A DNA stretch of 64,000 nucleotides from Lysobacterales bacterium (GTDB lineage Bacteria; Pseudomonadota; Gammaproteobacteria; Xanthomonadales; SZUA-5). The notes below the pieces were generated by a model. That model had not been told where the DNA came from. It saw nothing but the letters and a program-made list of their open reading frames with translations, and did not search any database. The translations under genes were made by a program, and so were the position numbers. The stretch lies in the NCBI GenBank assembly GCA_022844165.1, contig JALHMH010000016.1, forward strand, positions 1-64,000, read 5' to 3'. Shown here piece after piece: positions 49,136 through 58,028 of the stretch (within the stretch, counting starts at the first letter, position 1; the number at the start of each line of letters is the position of its first letter).

Positions 49136-50307
49136 GCGCATGGAATGTGGTGTTCCTCAAAGAAGTGCGCGAGAACCTGCGCGACAAGCGTGCCATGGTC
49201 AGTACCTTCGTGTATGGCACGCTGCTTGGACCGGTGCTGTTCGCCGGGCTGATCGGCATGATGATTTCGGTGATGCTCGAACGCAGCGAAAAGCCGCTCG
49301 AATTGCCGGTGATCGGCAGCGAAAACGCGCCGAATCTGGTTGCCTTCCTGCGCTCTCAGGGCGTTGAGGTTCAGAAAGCGCCCAACGATCCGGAAGAGAC
49401 CATCAAGCGCCGTGACGCCGATGTGATCCTGCGCATTCCAGCCGCATACGGCGAGCAGTGGCGGGCCGGCAAAGCCGCAACGCTGGAACTGATCGTCGAT
49501 CGTTCGCAGCAGAAAGCCGAACAGTCGATACGGCGTACTGAGCGCTACATTCAGGCGTATGCCGGCCAGACAACGGCACAACGTCTGATCGTTCGCGGTA
49601 TCAGCCCGGAAGTGATCCAACCCATACTGGTGGCCGATGTCGATCAATCCACACCACAATCGCGCAGCGGCATATTGCTGGCAATGCTGCCGTACCTGCT
49701 GATCCTCACCGTATTTGCGGGCGGCAGTTATCTCGCGGTGGATGCCACCGCTGGCGAACGCGAGCGGCAGTCGCTGGAGCCACTGCTGATCAATCCCGTC
49801 AGTCGCGGCGAGATTATGTTCGGCAAGCTGGTCGCCACCTACGCATTCGCTGCAGCATCGCTGGCGCTATCGCTTTTCGCCTTCTCCATCGTCACACCAA
49901 TGTTGCCGGTGGAAAAGATCGGCATGATCATCAACTTCGGGCTCAAGCAGTGTTTGTTGCTGTTCGTTGCGATCGTGCCGTTGGGCTTGATCGGCGCCGG
50001 TTTGCTGACCAGCGTATCGGCGTTCAGCAAGAGTTTCCGCGAGGCCCAAACCTACGTCACGCTGCTGATCATGATGCCGGCGATCCCGTCGATGATCATG
50101 GCGCTGAATCCACTGAAACCCGCCGACTGGATGTACGCGGCGCCGCTGATCAGTCACCAGTTGCTGATCGAACAAACGGTGCGCGGCGAGCCGGCCGTGT
50201 TCTGGCAATTTGCCGCATCCGTGGGTGTCACGTTGCTGATCGGCGCGATCGTGGCGTTTGTGGCATCGAAACTCTATCACCGCGAACAGCTGGCGATTTC
50301 CGCATGA
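49132..50307 (+). CDS. ABC-2 permease (NatB-like)
   Basis: KEVRENLRD.R; AGERERQSLEPLL; KSFREAQ. Confidence 0.9.
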   Translation: MSAWNVVFLKEVRENLRDKRAMVSTFVYGTLLGPVLFAGLIGMMISVMLERSEKPLELPVIGSENAPNLVAFLRSQGVEVQKAPNDPEETIKRRDADVILRIPAAYGEQWRAGKAATLELIVDRSQQKAEQSIRRTERYIQAYAGQTTAQRLIVRGISPEVIQPILVADVDQSTPQSRSGILLAMLPYLLILTVFAGGSYLAVDATAGERERQSLEPLLINPVSRGEIMFGKLVATYAFAAASLALSLFAFSIVTPMLPVEKIGMIINFGLKQCLLLFVAIVPLGLIGAGLLTSVSAFSKSFREAQTYVTLLIMMPAIPSMIMALNPLKPADWMYAAPLISHQLLIEQTVRGEPAVFWQFAASVGVTLLIGAIVAFVASKLYHREQLAISA

Positions 50308-50402
50308 TCTGCATGCGGGGCAAGCACACGCTTGCCCCGCTGCTTTGACCTTTTGCCGCGAACGCTATACCTTGGTGGCCCGGCAGCGCACCGAGGTGCA
50401 CG

Positions 50403-50987
50403 ATGTCCAATGCCCAACGCGTCGACGAAATCGGCGAATTCACGTATCGCGATTACCAGCAGTGGCCTGCGCGCCCGCGTTATGAGTTGCTGGATGGGCA
50501 TGCGCGTCTGATGGCGCCGCCAACAACGGTTCATCAGCGTGTGGTCTTTGAGCTTGGCGGCCAAATCAGGAATGCGCTTCAGGGCCATGCCTGCCAGGCG
50601 TTCGCCGGCCCTGTTGGTGTGCGTTTGCCGGCAAGCGACGAAGCCGATGATTTCATCAAAACCGTGCTGGAACCCGACCTCGTCATCGTTTGTGATGCCA
50701 ACAAGATCGATGCGAAGGGCATTCGCGGCGCACCCGATGTCGTCATCGAGGTGCTGTCGCCGTCGACAGCGGCCTACGACAGTATCGACAAGCGCTACGC
50801 GTACGAGCGCGCCGGCGTGCGCGAGTTGTGGTTGATCGATGTAGCGAGCGGCCTGGTGCATCGATTCCGCCGAGAAGCGAGCGGGTTTTCCGGTCCCGAA
50901 ATAGTGCGTGCCGAAGGGCAGATCGAATTGTGTCTGGGATTCTCGCTGTCGTTGGATTTCATGGTGCCGATGCGACAAAACGACTAA
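50403..50987 (+). CDS. Uma2-family endonuclease
   Basis: YELLDG; HQ; EPD; GAPDVVIEVLSPST..D...K...YE.AGV.E.W. Confidence 0.92.
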   Translation: MSNAQRVDEIGEFTYRDYQQWPARPRYELLDGHARLMAPPTTVHQRVVFELGGQIRNALQGHACQAFAGPVGVRLPASDEADDFIKTVLEPDLVIVCDANKIDAKGIRGAPDVVIEVLSPSTAAYDSIDKRYAYERAGVRELWLIDVASGLVHRFRREASGFSGPEIVRAEGQIELCLGFSLSLDFMVPMRQND

Positions 50988-51225
50988 CGAGGCTTCGCCC
51001 AGACCGCCGAGCATTGCTGGCTTCGTCCGACAGCGTACTCGCCACAACCCCGCGCTCGGCATTTCCGGCCCAGCGGCGCAGCCGCCGGGCGTTCGACTCG
51101 GCACACGCCTGCGGCGTGTCAGCGCCGAGTCTCACCCCGATGACTCAAGGGGGCTTCAAAAGACAAAGCCGCTTCGTAGAAAATTTGACTCACTTGTCGA
51201 GATCAGTCTCCGTCAAGGACTCTAA
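50984..51225 (-). repeat. ~245-bp structured repeat, copy 5
   Basis: CTAA on both sides; the left CTAA contains the Uma2 stop codon. Confidence 0.93.
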
Positions 51226-51305
51226 CGAGTGGACCGGATCAACTTTCGCGGATCGCGCACATCGCACCGAGCATTGTTCGGTCTCCGCCAGCTCGCCAGT
51301 CCGTC

Positions 51306-51770
51306 ATGACCCGATCGCTCCTGTTGTTGGTACTTTGTTTCGTCATCTGCTTTGCCGCCAGTGCGGTTGGCATCGTGTTCGGTCCGGATGCCTGGTTTGC
51401 GGCGCTGATCAAGCCGTCATTTCAACCGCCGAATGGGTGGTTCGGGCCGGTATGGACGTTACTTTATGCGCTGATGTCGGTGGCGCTGTGGCGTGTCTGG
51501 CGCCTGCCCGCGTCTCCACTCAGGCGTCTTGCGTTGGTGTGTTTCGCCGTTCAGCTGGTTCTGAACGCGGCGTGGTCGCCGCTGTTCTTCGGCGCTCACA
51601 GCATCGGCGGTGCGCTTGTGGTTCTGGCGCTCCTGATACCGAGCGTGGCAACTGCGATCGTGCTGTTCTGGCGCATCGACCGCATCGCAAGCGCGCTGCT
51701 TTGGCCATACCTGGCGTGGCTCTGCTTCGCGCTGCTATTGAATGCCGCAATATGGCAATTGAACGGATGA
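51306..51770 (+). CDS. tspO: TspO/MBR tryptophan-rich sensory protein
   Basis: L.KPSFQPP..FGPVWTLLY; QL.LN..WS.LFF; PYLAW..FA..LN. Confidence 0.92.
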   Translation: MTRSLLLLVLCFVICFAASAVGIVFGPDAWFAALIKPSFQPPNGWFGPVWTLLYALMSVALWRVWRLPASPLRRLALVCFAVQLVLNAAWSPLFFGAHSIGGALVVLALLIPSVATAIVLFWRIDRIASALLWPYLAWLCFALLLNAAIWQLNG

Positions 51771-51773
51771 TAC

Positions 51774-52625
51774 TCAGCCAAGATTGAGGCGAGCTTTGAC
51801 GATGCCAACCCGGCGGCGGCTGACCGGTATCCGGCTGCCATCACTCAGCTCGCAGTTCCATCCGTATGGGCTTTTGACCATCCGTTTCACGTGCGCGCTG
51901 GCAACCCAAAATGAGCGATGCACACGTACGCCGCGATCCGCCAATTCGCGATCGATCGCCGCCATCGTGCCGAGGATCGTTGTCTGACCCTCGGTGGCCG
52001 TGATGTGCAGGTAATGCAGATCTGCACGAATGGCAATGACATCGCCCACGTCGGGCGGCCATGGCAGAGATGAACTGGTTTCCTGCGCCGTTTCACCGGT
52101 CTGTGCGGCGTCAACGGTTTGGTCTGTCTCGTCGATCGGCGGCGATGAGGTTGATGCGAGTGGCGCGAGCCGCGGTCGATAAGCGTCGATCAACGGCGTC
52201 GATTGCACCAGCAGCCAAGCGGTGATGTAGCTCGGGTACAGTTGCAGAAACTCGCCGACATACGCAGACAGACCGCCTTGCGCCTCTAGTTGATCTACCC
52301 AGTCCTGGTCGGTGTCGACCATTTGTGCACTCGGCATCAGCGCCTCGATCCCCAGTGCAAACGGGGCAAATGCCAGCGCACCGAGCGTACCACCCAGCAG
52401 AACCACCCGCCAGGCCGGCCAGCCCCGGCTCACGGGCCACGCACTCAGTGCGCGCGTTGCGATCACGGCCGCGCCTAGTCCGAAGCTGATGTGCGTCAAC
52501 CAGTACAACGTGCCAAGGCCCAGGGGCAGGCGATCCGCCGGGTCGGCACCCATGGCGACGAACAGCACGGTCAATGCGACGATGGCGAAACACAAATTTC
52601 GTGTCAACGGTGCGTTGTCGATCAA
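51774..52625 (-). CDS. Membrane-anchored LytTR regulator
   Basis: N-terminal TMs; C-terminal ADLHYL; RVHRSFWV; IPVSRRR. Confidence 0.88.
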   Translation of the reverse strand: MIDNAPLTRNLCFAIVALTVLFVAMGADPADRLPLGLGTLYWLTHISFGLGAAVIATRALSAWPVSRGWPAWRVVLLGGTLGALAFAPFALGIEALMPSAQMVDTDQDWVDQLEAQGGLSAYVGEFLQLYPSYITAWLLVQSTPLIDAYRPRLAPLASTSSPPIDETDQTVDAAQTGETAQETSSSLPWPPDVGDVIAIRADLHYLHITATEGQTTILGTMAAIDRELADRGVRVHRSFWVASAHVKRMVKSPYGWNCELSDGSRIPVSRRRVGIVKARLNLG

Positions 52626-52768
52626 TCTATGAGCGTCCTGGCAACAACCACTGGTGAAAGATAGCGACCGCTGATGCCAAACGGTGTCAACGGCAAGCGG
52701 GTTTGTGGTCAGCTTTCTCTACGGCGTACCTCGCCGTCCGACTCATCCATCACAAAGGAGTTATGTAC

Positions 52769-53410
52769 ATGAAAAATTTGTCGAAAGTGGCTGGTATCGC
52801 ATTACTGGCCCATGCACCGGCGGCACTGGCCGATGGCCGCTGGTACGCCGGTTTGATCGGCGGTCTCGCCAACCAGGGCGATCAAGACCTCGTTTACGCA
52901 CCCGGCAACATCCGCCGCGAAGCGGCATTAGGCAGCGGCTTCCTGGGCGGTGGTGCGGTTGGCTACGCGTTCGGCAACGGCTGGCGTCTGGAAGGTGAAT
53001 TCGTCTACCAATCGGTCGATATGGACGCGGTCAATTTCGGTACCGGCTTGCCCAGTGGCGATGGCAATTTTGCGTCGACCTCTATCGCGCTGAATGCGCT
53101 GTATGAGGTGGACTTATTTGGCTCGCCGCGCGCACGAACCTACGTTGGGCTGGGTCTGGCGCGCATCACCGAAGTCGACATCGACTTTGAGTCCGCCGGC
53201 GTCGAACGCTCGTTCGCAGGCAGCGACGGCGCATTGCAAGCGCTGGTCGGTGCACGCTACGACATCGGCGAGAACAGCTACATTGATGCGGGCTTGCGTT
53301 ATCTGGCCGCAAGCTCCGTGGAACTGGACGGAGAAGACGGCGCGGTTGGGCGCATCAAAGCCGATTACCAGCCGTGGGCGATGACCATCTCATGGGGCTG
53401 GCGCTTCTGA
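52769..53410 (+). CDS. Small outer-membrane beta-barrel protein
   Basis: Signal peptide; GYAFGNGWRLEGE; YVGLG; C-terminal WRF. Confidence 0.85.
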   Translation: MKNLSKVAGIALLAHAPAALADGRWYAGLIGGLANQGDQDLVYAPGNIRREAALGSGFLGGGAVGYAFGNGWRLEGEFVYQSVDMDAVNFGTGLPSGDGNFASTSIALNALYEVDLFGSPRARTYVGLGLARITEVDIDFESAGVERSFAGSDGALQALVGARYDIGENSYIDAGLRYLAASSVELDGEDGAVGRIKADYQPWAMTISWGWRF

Positions 53411-53414
53411 TTTC

Positions 53415-53660
53415 CTAGCGAGGCTTCGCCTCAGACCGCCGAGCATTGCTGGCTTCGTCCGACAGCGTACTCGCCACAACCCCGCGCTTCGCATTTTCGG
53501 CCCGGCGGCAAAGCCGCCGGTCGTTCGGATCGACCCACGCCTATCGGCGTGTAAGCGCCGGTCCTCACCCCCCTTGACACATGGGGGCTTCAAGAGCCAA
53601 AGCCGCTTTGGTAGAAAATTTGACTCAACTGTACAGATCCCGCTCCGTCAAGGACTCTAG
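53415..53660 (-). repeat. ~245-bp structured repeat, copy 6
   Basis: CTAG at both ends; starts 5 bp after the OMP stop. Confidence 0.93.
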
Positions 53661-53762
53661 GGCGCGCGGAGCGAGCTGCCAGCCGTTCCGCGCTTCCAAA
53701 TCACGCCATTCCGACGCTTTTTTGCCTATCGTTCGCAGGTCCCCATCATAGGTCCCAAGACG

Positions 53763-54224
53763 ATGCTTCAGCCCGGCGATAAAGTGCCTGATTTTGCGCT
53801 GTCCACCGATAGCGGTGAGACGGTCAGCGCCAAGAGCCTTAAGGGTCAGCGATACGTACTGTACTTTTATCCCAAGGACGACACGCCCGGATGCACCAAA
53901 GAGGCGTGCGGATTTCGCGATAACCTGCCGGCTTTTGAGGGCATCGGGGTACGCGTGTTCGGAATCAGTGCCGACAGTCAGGCGGCGCATGGCAAGTTCG
54001 TCAAGAAATACGACCTCAACTTTTCACTGCTCGCCGATCCGCAGCGACAGTTGATCGAGCCGATTGGCGCGTGGGTCGAAAAGAGCATGTACGGAAAGAA
54101 GTACATGGGCATCGCTCGCGCGACATTCATCGTCGATGCCAAAGGCAAGATCGAGAAGGTATGGGAGAAGGTCGCGAAACCTGAGAATCACGCGATTGAG
54201 GTCCTCGCGGCATTGCGCACGTGA
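53763..54224 (+). CDS. bcp: Peroxiredoxin Bcp
   Basis: YFYPKDDTPGCTKEACGFRD. Confidence 0.95.
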   Translation: MLQPGDKVPDFALSTDSGETVSAKSLKGQRYVLYFYPKDDTPGCTKEACGFRDNLPAFEGIGVRVFGISADSQAAHGKFVKKYDLNFSLLADPQRQLIEPIGAWVEKSMYGKKYMGIARATFIVDAKGKIEKVWEKVAKPENHAIEVLAALRT

Positions 54225-55261
54225 AGGTTCATCTTGCCGGCAGCGCGCGCGCATTCGATGCGGGCGACGGCCAAACTGTGCTCGCCGCCGCGCGGCGCGC
54301 CGGTTTGGCGTTGCCTTACAGTTGTCTGTCCGGCAACTGCGGCAGTTGCAAAGCGCACGTTCTCGAAGGGATCGTGAGTTATCCGTACAACCCGCCCAAC
54401 GCTTTGTCGGACGCCGAACGGCAGGCCGGACAGGCGCTGTTGTGCCAGGCGGTACCGCAGTCGGAACTGACCATCGCGATTCGCGAAGTGGAGGCTGTCG
54501 CCAACATTCCGCTGCGCCAACTGGCGGTTAAAGTGGTAGCGAAGACGCGCCTTTGCGACGATGTCATCGAGCTTCGGTTGATGCCACCCAAACGCGAACC
54601 GCTGAAGTATTTGCCGGGCCAGTATCTCGATGTACTGCTACCCGAGGGCAAACGCCGTGCGTTTTCGATCGCCAGTGCACCGCGCCACAGCGATACGCTT
54701 GACTTGCACGTCCGACGCGTCACGGGTGGTGGCTTCACGCAATACGTGTTCGACGAGTTGCCGGTGGGTGCGCTGCTGCGTATCGAAGCACCGCTAGGGA
54801 CTTTCGTGCCGCGCGAGGGCGGCGATCGGCCGATCATCCTGATGGCTGGCGGCACGGGGTTTGCGCCCATTAAAGCGATCATCGAATACCTGTTCGATAT
54901 CGGTAACCAGCGCGCGCTGCACCTGTATTGGGGCGCGCGCCACGAAAACGATTTGTATCTGGACGTGCTGTGTCGCCAGTGGCAATCGGCGCAGCCGCAC
55001 TTGCGCTACACGCCAGTGCTCAGCGAAGCCAGCACACTGGAGCGCCACCAATATCGCGCCGGGCATGTGCACGAAGCCGTGTTGAAGGATTTCCCGGACC
55101 TGTCGCGTTTCGACGTCTATATGAGCGGGCCGCCGCCCATGATCGATGCCGGGCGCCGAAGTTTTGTGGCGGCAGGCCTGCCGGACGATCGCCTCTACTT
55201 CGATTCCTTCGATTACGCACCCGATGTGCTGGCTGCATTGATCCGGGCACGCAACGGCTAG
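54221..55261 (+). CDS. 2Fe-2S/FAD/NAD oxidoreductase (CDP-glucoseen reductase-like)
   Basis: CLSGNCGSC..C; RAFSIAS; GGTGFAP; SGPP.M. Confidence 0.9.
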   Translation: MKVHLAGSARAFDAGDGQTVLAAARRAGLALPYSCLSGNCGSCKAHVLEGIVSYPYNPPNALSDAERQAGQALLCQAVPQSELTIAIREVEAVANIPLRQLAVKVVAKTRLCDDVIELRLMPPKREPLKYLPGQYLDVLLPEGKRRAFSIASAPRHSDTLDLHVRRVTGGGFTQYVFDELPVGALLRIEAPLGTFVPREGGDRPIILMAGGTGFAPIKAIIEYLFDIGNQRALHLYWGARHENDLYLDVLCRQWQSAQPHLRYTPVLSEASTLERHQYRAGHVHEAVLKDFPDLSRFDVYMSGPPPMIDAGRRSFVAAGLPDDRLYFDSFDYAPDVLAALIRARNG

Positions 55262-55581
55262 CCGGCTGAGGTCGCCTCGCGCACAAATCCCAGGTATTCC
55301 GCGGACCCGCCAACCGGCATCGTCAACAGTTCCGGCAACGCATACGGATGCAGCACCACCAGCCGCGCTTGCAACGCATCGACACGATCCGCGCACGTCT
55401 TGATCAGCAACAGCGATTCAACGGCCGATTCGACGGCGCCCTGCCAACGATAGGTGGAGCGTACGCCGTCGATACGCTGCACGCAGGCGGCGAGACGCTC
55501 GGCGACCAGCGCCACGGCGATGTCATCGGCAGCGGCGGCTGGGCAGCTCGTCAGAACCTGGACTACATCGCGCCGATGCAC
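55258..55581 (-). CDS. cutA: Divalent-cation tolerance protein
   Basis: LVAERLAACV; STYRWQG; LLIKT; HPY.LPE. Confidence 0.9.
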   Translation of the reverse strand: MHRRDVVQVLTSCPAAAADDIAVALVAERLAACVQRIDGVRSTYRWQGAVESAVESLLLIKTCADRVDALQARLVVLHPYALPELLTMPVGGSAEYLGFVREATSAG

Positions 55582-55586
55582 GATCG

Positions 55587-56840
55587 CTACTCGTAGCGTT
55601 TACCCGCCTGGTACACGGCGAGCGGTTTTTCGGTTGCGGTAATGTCGCGCTGCACGTCGGCGCGGAGCACCACAATATCGGCGACGTAATTTTCCTTGAT
55701 CTGGCCCAAGGTGTCGGCCATGCCAAGAACTTGCGAGGCGTTGTAGGTGGCGCTTTGTAAGGCGGTGGTCGCGCTCATGCCGGCATCGACCATCAGTTTG
55801 AATTCCTTGGCGTTCATGCCGTGCGGCGACACACCCGTATCCGTACCGAACGCAATCTTCACGCCTGCCGCGTGCGCCTTTCTGAAGGTGCCTTCGATCA
55901 TTGGGCCAATGGCCTTTGCTTTCGCGGCAACCATCGGCGGATAGTAACCCGGCTCATCGGCTTTGCCTGCAACCCACCAGCCCGCCATCAAGGTGGGTAC
56001 GTACCACGTGCCGCGCTGTTTCATCAGCGGGAACAACTCTTCGTCCATGAAGCTCCCGTGCTCAATCGTGGTGACGCCGGCTTCAATGGCGCGCCGAATC
56101 CCCTCCTTGCCATGCGCGTGCGCTGCGACCGCCATGCCATAGTCTTTCGCAGCCGCGACAATGGCATTGGCTTCCTCTTGAGTGAACTGCGGATTGAGGC
56201 CGTTCTTGGCGTAACTCAAGACGCCGCCGGTGGCGGTGATCTTGATCAGGTCGGCACCTTCTTTGTAGCGATAGCGCACGGCCTCAGCGGCATCGTCGGG
56301 ACCATTGATGACGCCATCTGCCGGGCCTGGTCGATTGGGTAAACTGCTGCTCCGGCCATTCGTTGGATCGGCATGGCCACCAGTGGTGGCGATCGATTTT
56401 CCGGAGGTCACAATTCGCGGACCGACGGCAATGCCCTGGTCGATCGCGCGCCGCAGCGCGATGGATGCACCGGCGCTTTCACCGAGATCCCGAATGGTCG
56501 TAAATCCTGCGGCCAGCGTCTTGCGTGCATTAGCGGCGGCGCGCAGCGCGTAGTCGCCCGGATTGAGGCGAAAGCCCTCGCTATAGGAATTGGGTCCGGA
56601 GGATTCATTGCTGATATGCGTGTGCAAGTCGATGAATCCGGGAAGGCATGCGGCATCGGTATGGTCGATACCACCGCGTGCCGCGCCGGGCGAGACCTGG
56701 CTGATCTTGCCGTCCTTGATCGTGATGCTGTGGGCCCCTAACCAGCGCGCACCGGCCGCATCGAAAACCGCGCCGCAGTTCAAGGTCAGCGCCGATGCGT
56801 CGAGCGGCAACAGTGCAAGTGCGAGAACGATACGGCGCAT
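55587..56840 (-). CDS. Secreted amidohydrolase (Xaa-Pro dipeptidase-like)
   Basis: PGFIDLHTH; GFTTIRDLG; KITATGG; AHAHG; IEHG; FGTD. Confidence 0.9.
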   Translation of the reverse strand: MRRIVLALALLPLDASALTLNCGAVFDAAGARWLGAHSITIKDGKISQVSPGAARGGIDHTDAACLPGFIDLHTHISNESSGPNSYSEGFRLNPGDYALRAAANARKTLAAGFTTIRDLGESAGASIALRRAIDQGIAVGPRIVTSGKSIATTGGHADPTNGRSSSLPNRPGPADGVINGPDDAAEAVRYRYKEGADLIKITATGGVLSYAKNGLNPQFTQEEANAIVAAAKDYGMAVAAHAHGKEGIRRAIEAGVTTIEHGSFMDEELFPLMKQRGTWYVPTLMAGWWVAGKADEPGYYPPMVAAKAKAIGPMIEGTFRKAHAAGVKIAFGTDTGVSPHGMNAKEFKLMVDAGMSATTALQSATYNASQVLGMADTLGQIKENYVADIVVLRADVQRDITATEKPLAVYQAGKRYE

Positions 56841-56986
56841 ATCGGTCATCCAAGGAATAGGGGGATACGGAAGATAGCGCGAGTTGGCATCTTGTTCGCA
56901 GATGGACACTGGGCAAGTCAAGCGCCGCGCGATGTCCTCGACGCACTCCGGGCTAGAATCAGCGCATCGCCCTGCCGCTGACAAAT

Positions 56987-57427
56987 ATGTCGAGTCCAGC
57001 AAGCATTCGAACCACTACAGCGCCGCGACCCGTCGGCAGCTATCCGCACGCGCGCCGAGTCGGCGATTGGCTATTGCTGTCGGGCATCGGTCCACGGTCG
57101 CCAGATGACAATGTCATTCCGGGCAACGTGTATGCCGCTGGTGCGCTCGTCGCCTACGATATCGAAGCACAGTGTCACGCGGTGTTCGCCAATGTCCGCG
57201 CCGTACTCAATGCGAGCGATGCACAGTTCGAAGACCTGATCGATGTGACAGTTTATCTGACCGATATGGCCCGCGATTTCCCGACTTATAATCGCATCTG
57301 GGCCGAGTACTTTCCTGATCCGGCGAAGGCTCCGTGCCGCACCACGTTAGGCATCAGCACCTTGCCAACGCCGATCGCGATTGAGCTGAAGTGTACGGCG
57401 TGGATGGGCACCAGGGAGATCACATGA
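56987..57427 (+). CDS. RidA-family protein, probable 2-aminomuconate deaminase
   Basis: [15 protein letters not shown]; PCRTT; [11 protein letters not shown]; coupled to nbaC. Confidence 0.85.
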   Translation: MSSPASIRTTTAPRPVGSYPHARRVGDWLLLSGIGPRSPDDNVIPGNVYAAGALVAYDIEAQCHAVFANVRAVLNASDAQFEDLIDVTVYLTDMARDFPTYNRIWAEYFPDPAKAPCRTTLGISTLPTPIAIELKCTAWMGTREIT

Positions 57428-57936
57428 GTACTCGTGCAGCTGTAGCTCCACTGAACTTTCAAAGTTGGATCGACGCCCATCGGCACCTGCTGAAACCACC
57501 CGTGGCGAACAAGTGCATCGTCGATGGCGATTTCATCGTCATGATTGTCGGTGGACCGAATCGCCGCAGCGACTTTCACGTCGACGAAGGCCCGGAGTTC
57601 TTTTATCAGATCGAAGGCGAAATGACGCTTCGCCTGCAGCAAGATGGCGTGCTCGATGTGCCGATTCGCGCTGGCGAAATTTACTACCTGCCGCCACGCA
57701 TTCCACACTCGCCGCAGCGTGGCGCCAATTCCATCGGCCTTGTCATTGAGCGCAAGCGATTGGCGCACGAACTTGACGGGCTCCAGTGGTATTGCAGCCG
57801 CTGCAACCACAAGTTGTACGAGGAATATTTCCCGCTGGAGAACATCGAAACGCAGTTTCCGGCGGTATTCAAACGCTACGAAGACTCCCTCGAGCACCGC
57901 ACCTGCAGCGCTTGCGGTTTTGTCAATCAGCGCTGA
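57424..57936 (+). CDS. nbaC: 3-hydroxyanthranilate 3,4-dioxygenase
   Basis: LLKPPV.NK; VGGPN.R.DFH; EFFYQ; PHSPQR; rubredoxin-like CSRC and CSAC. Confidence 0.95.
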   Translation: MSTRAAVAPLNFQSWIDAHRHLLKPPVANKCIVDGDFIVMIVGGPNRRSDFHVDEGPEFFYQIEGEMTLRLQQDGVLDVPIRAGEIYYLPPRIPHSPQRGANSIGLVIERKRLAHELDGLQWYCSRCNHKLYEEYFPLENIETQFPAVFKRYEDSLEHRTCSACGFVNQR

Positions 57937-58028
57937 GTGGCAACGTTTTGCCGCATTGTTCAGTGCGTTTATCCCACTTGCCTTGACCATTGTGTTAAAA
58001 ACGCGGCCCCTTGTCCGGAGTCGCCTCT

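Noticed and set aside
51222-51229. 8-bp CTAACGAG match between element end and flank as guide-like targeting
   Set aside because: Not reproduced at the other copies; probably coincidence.
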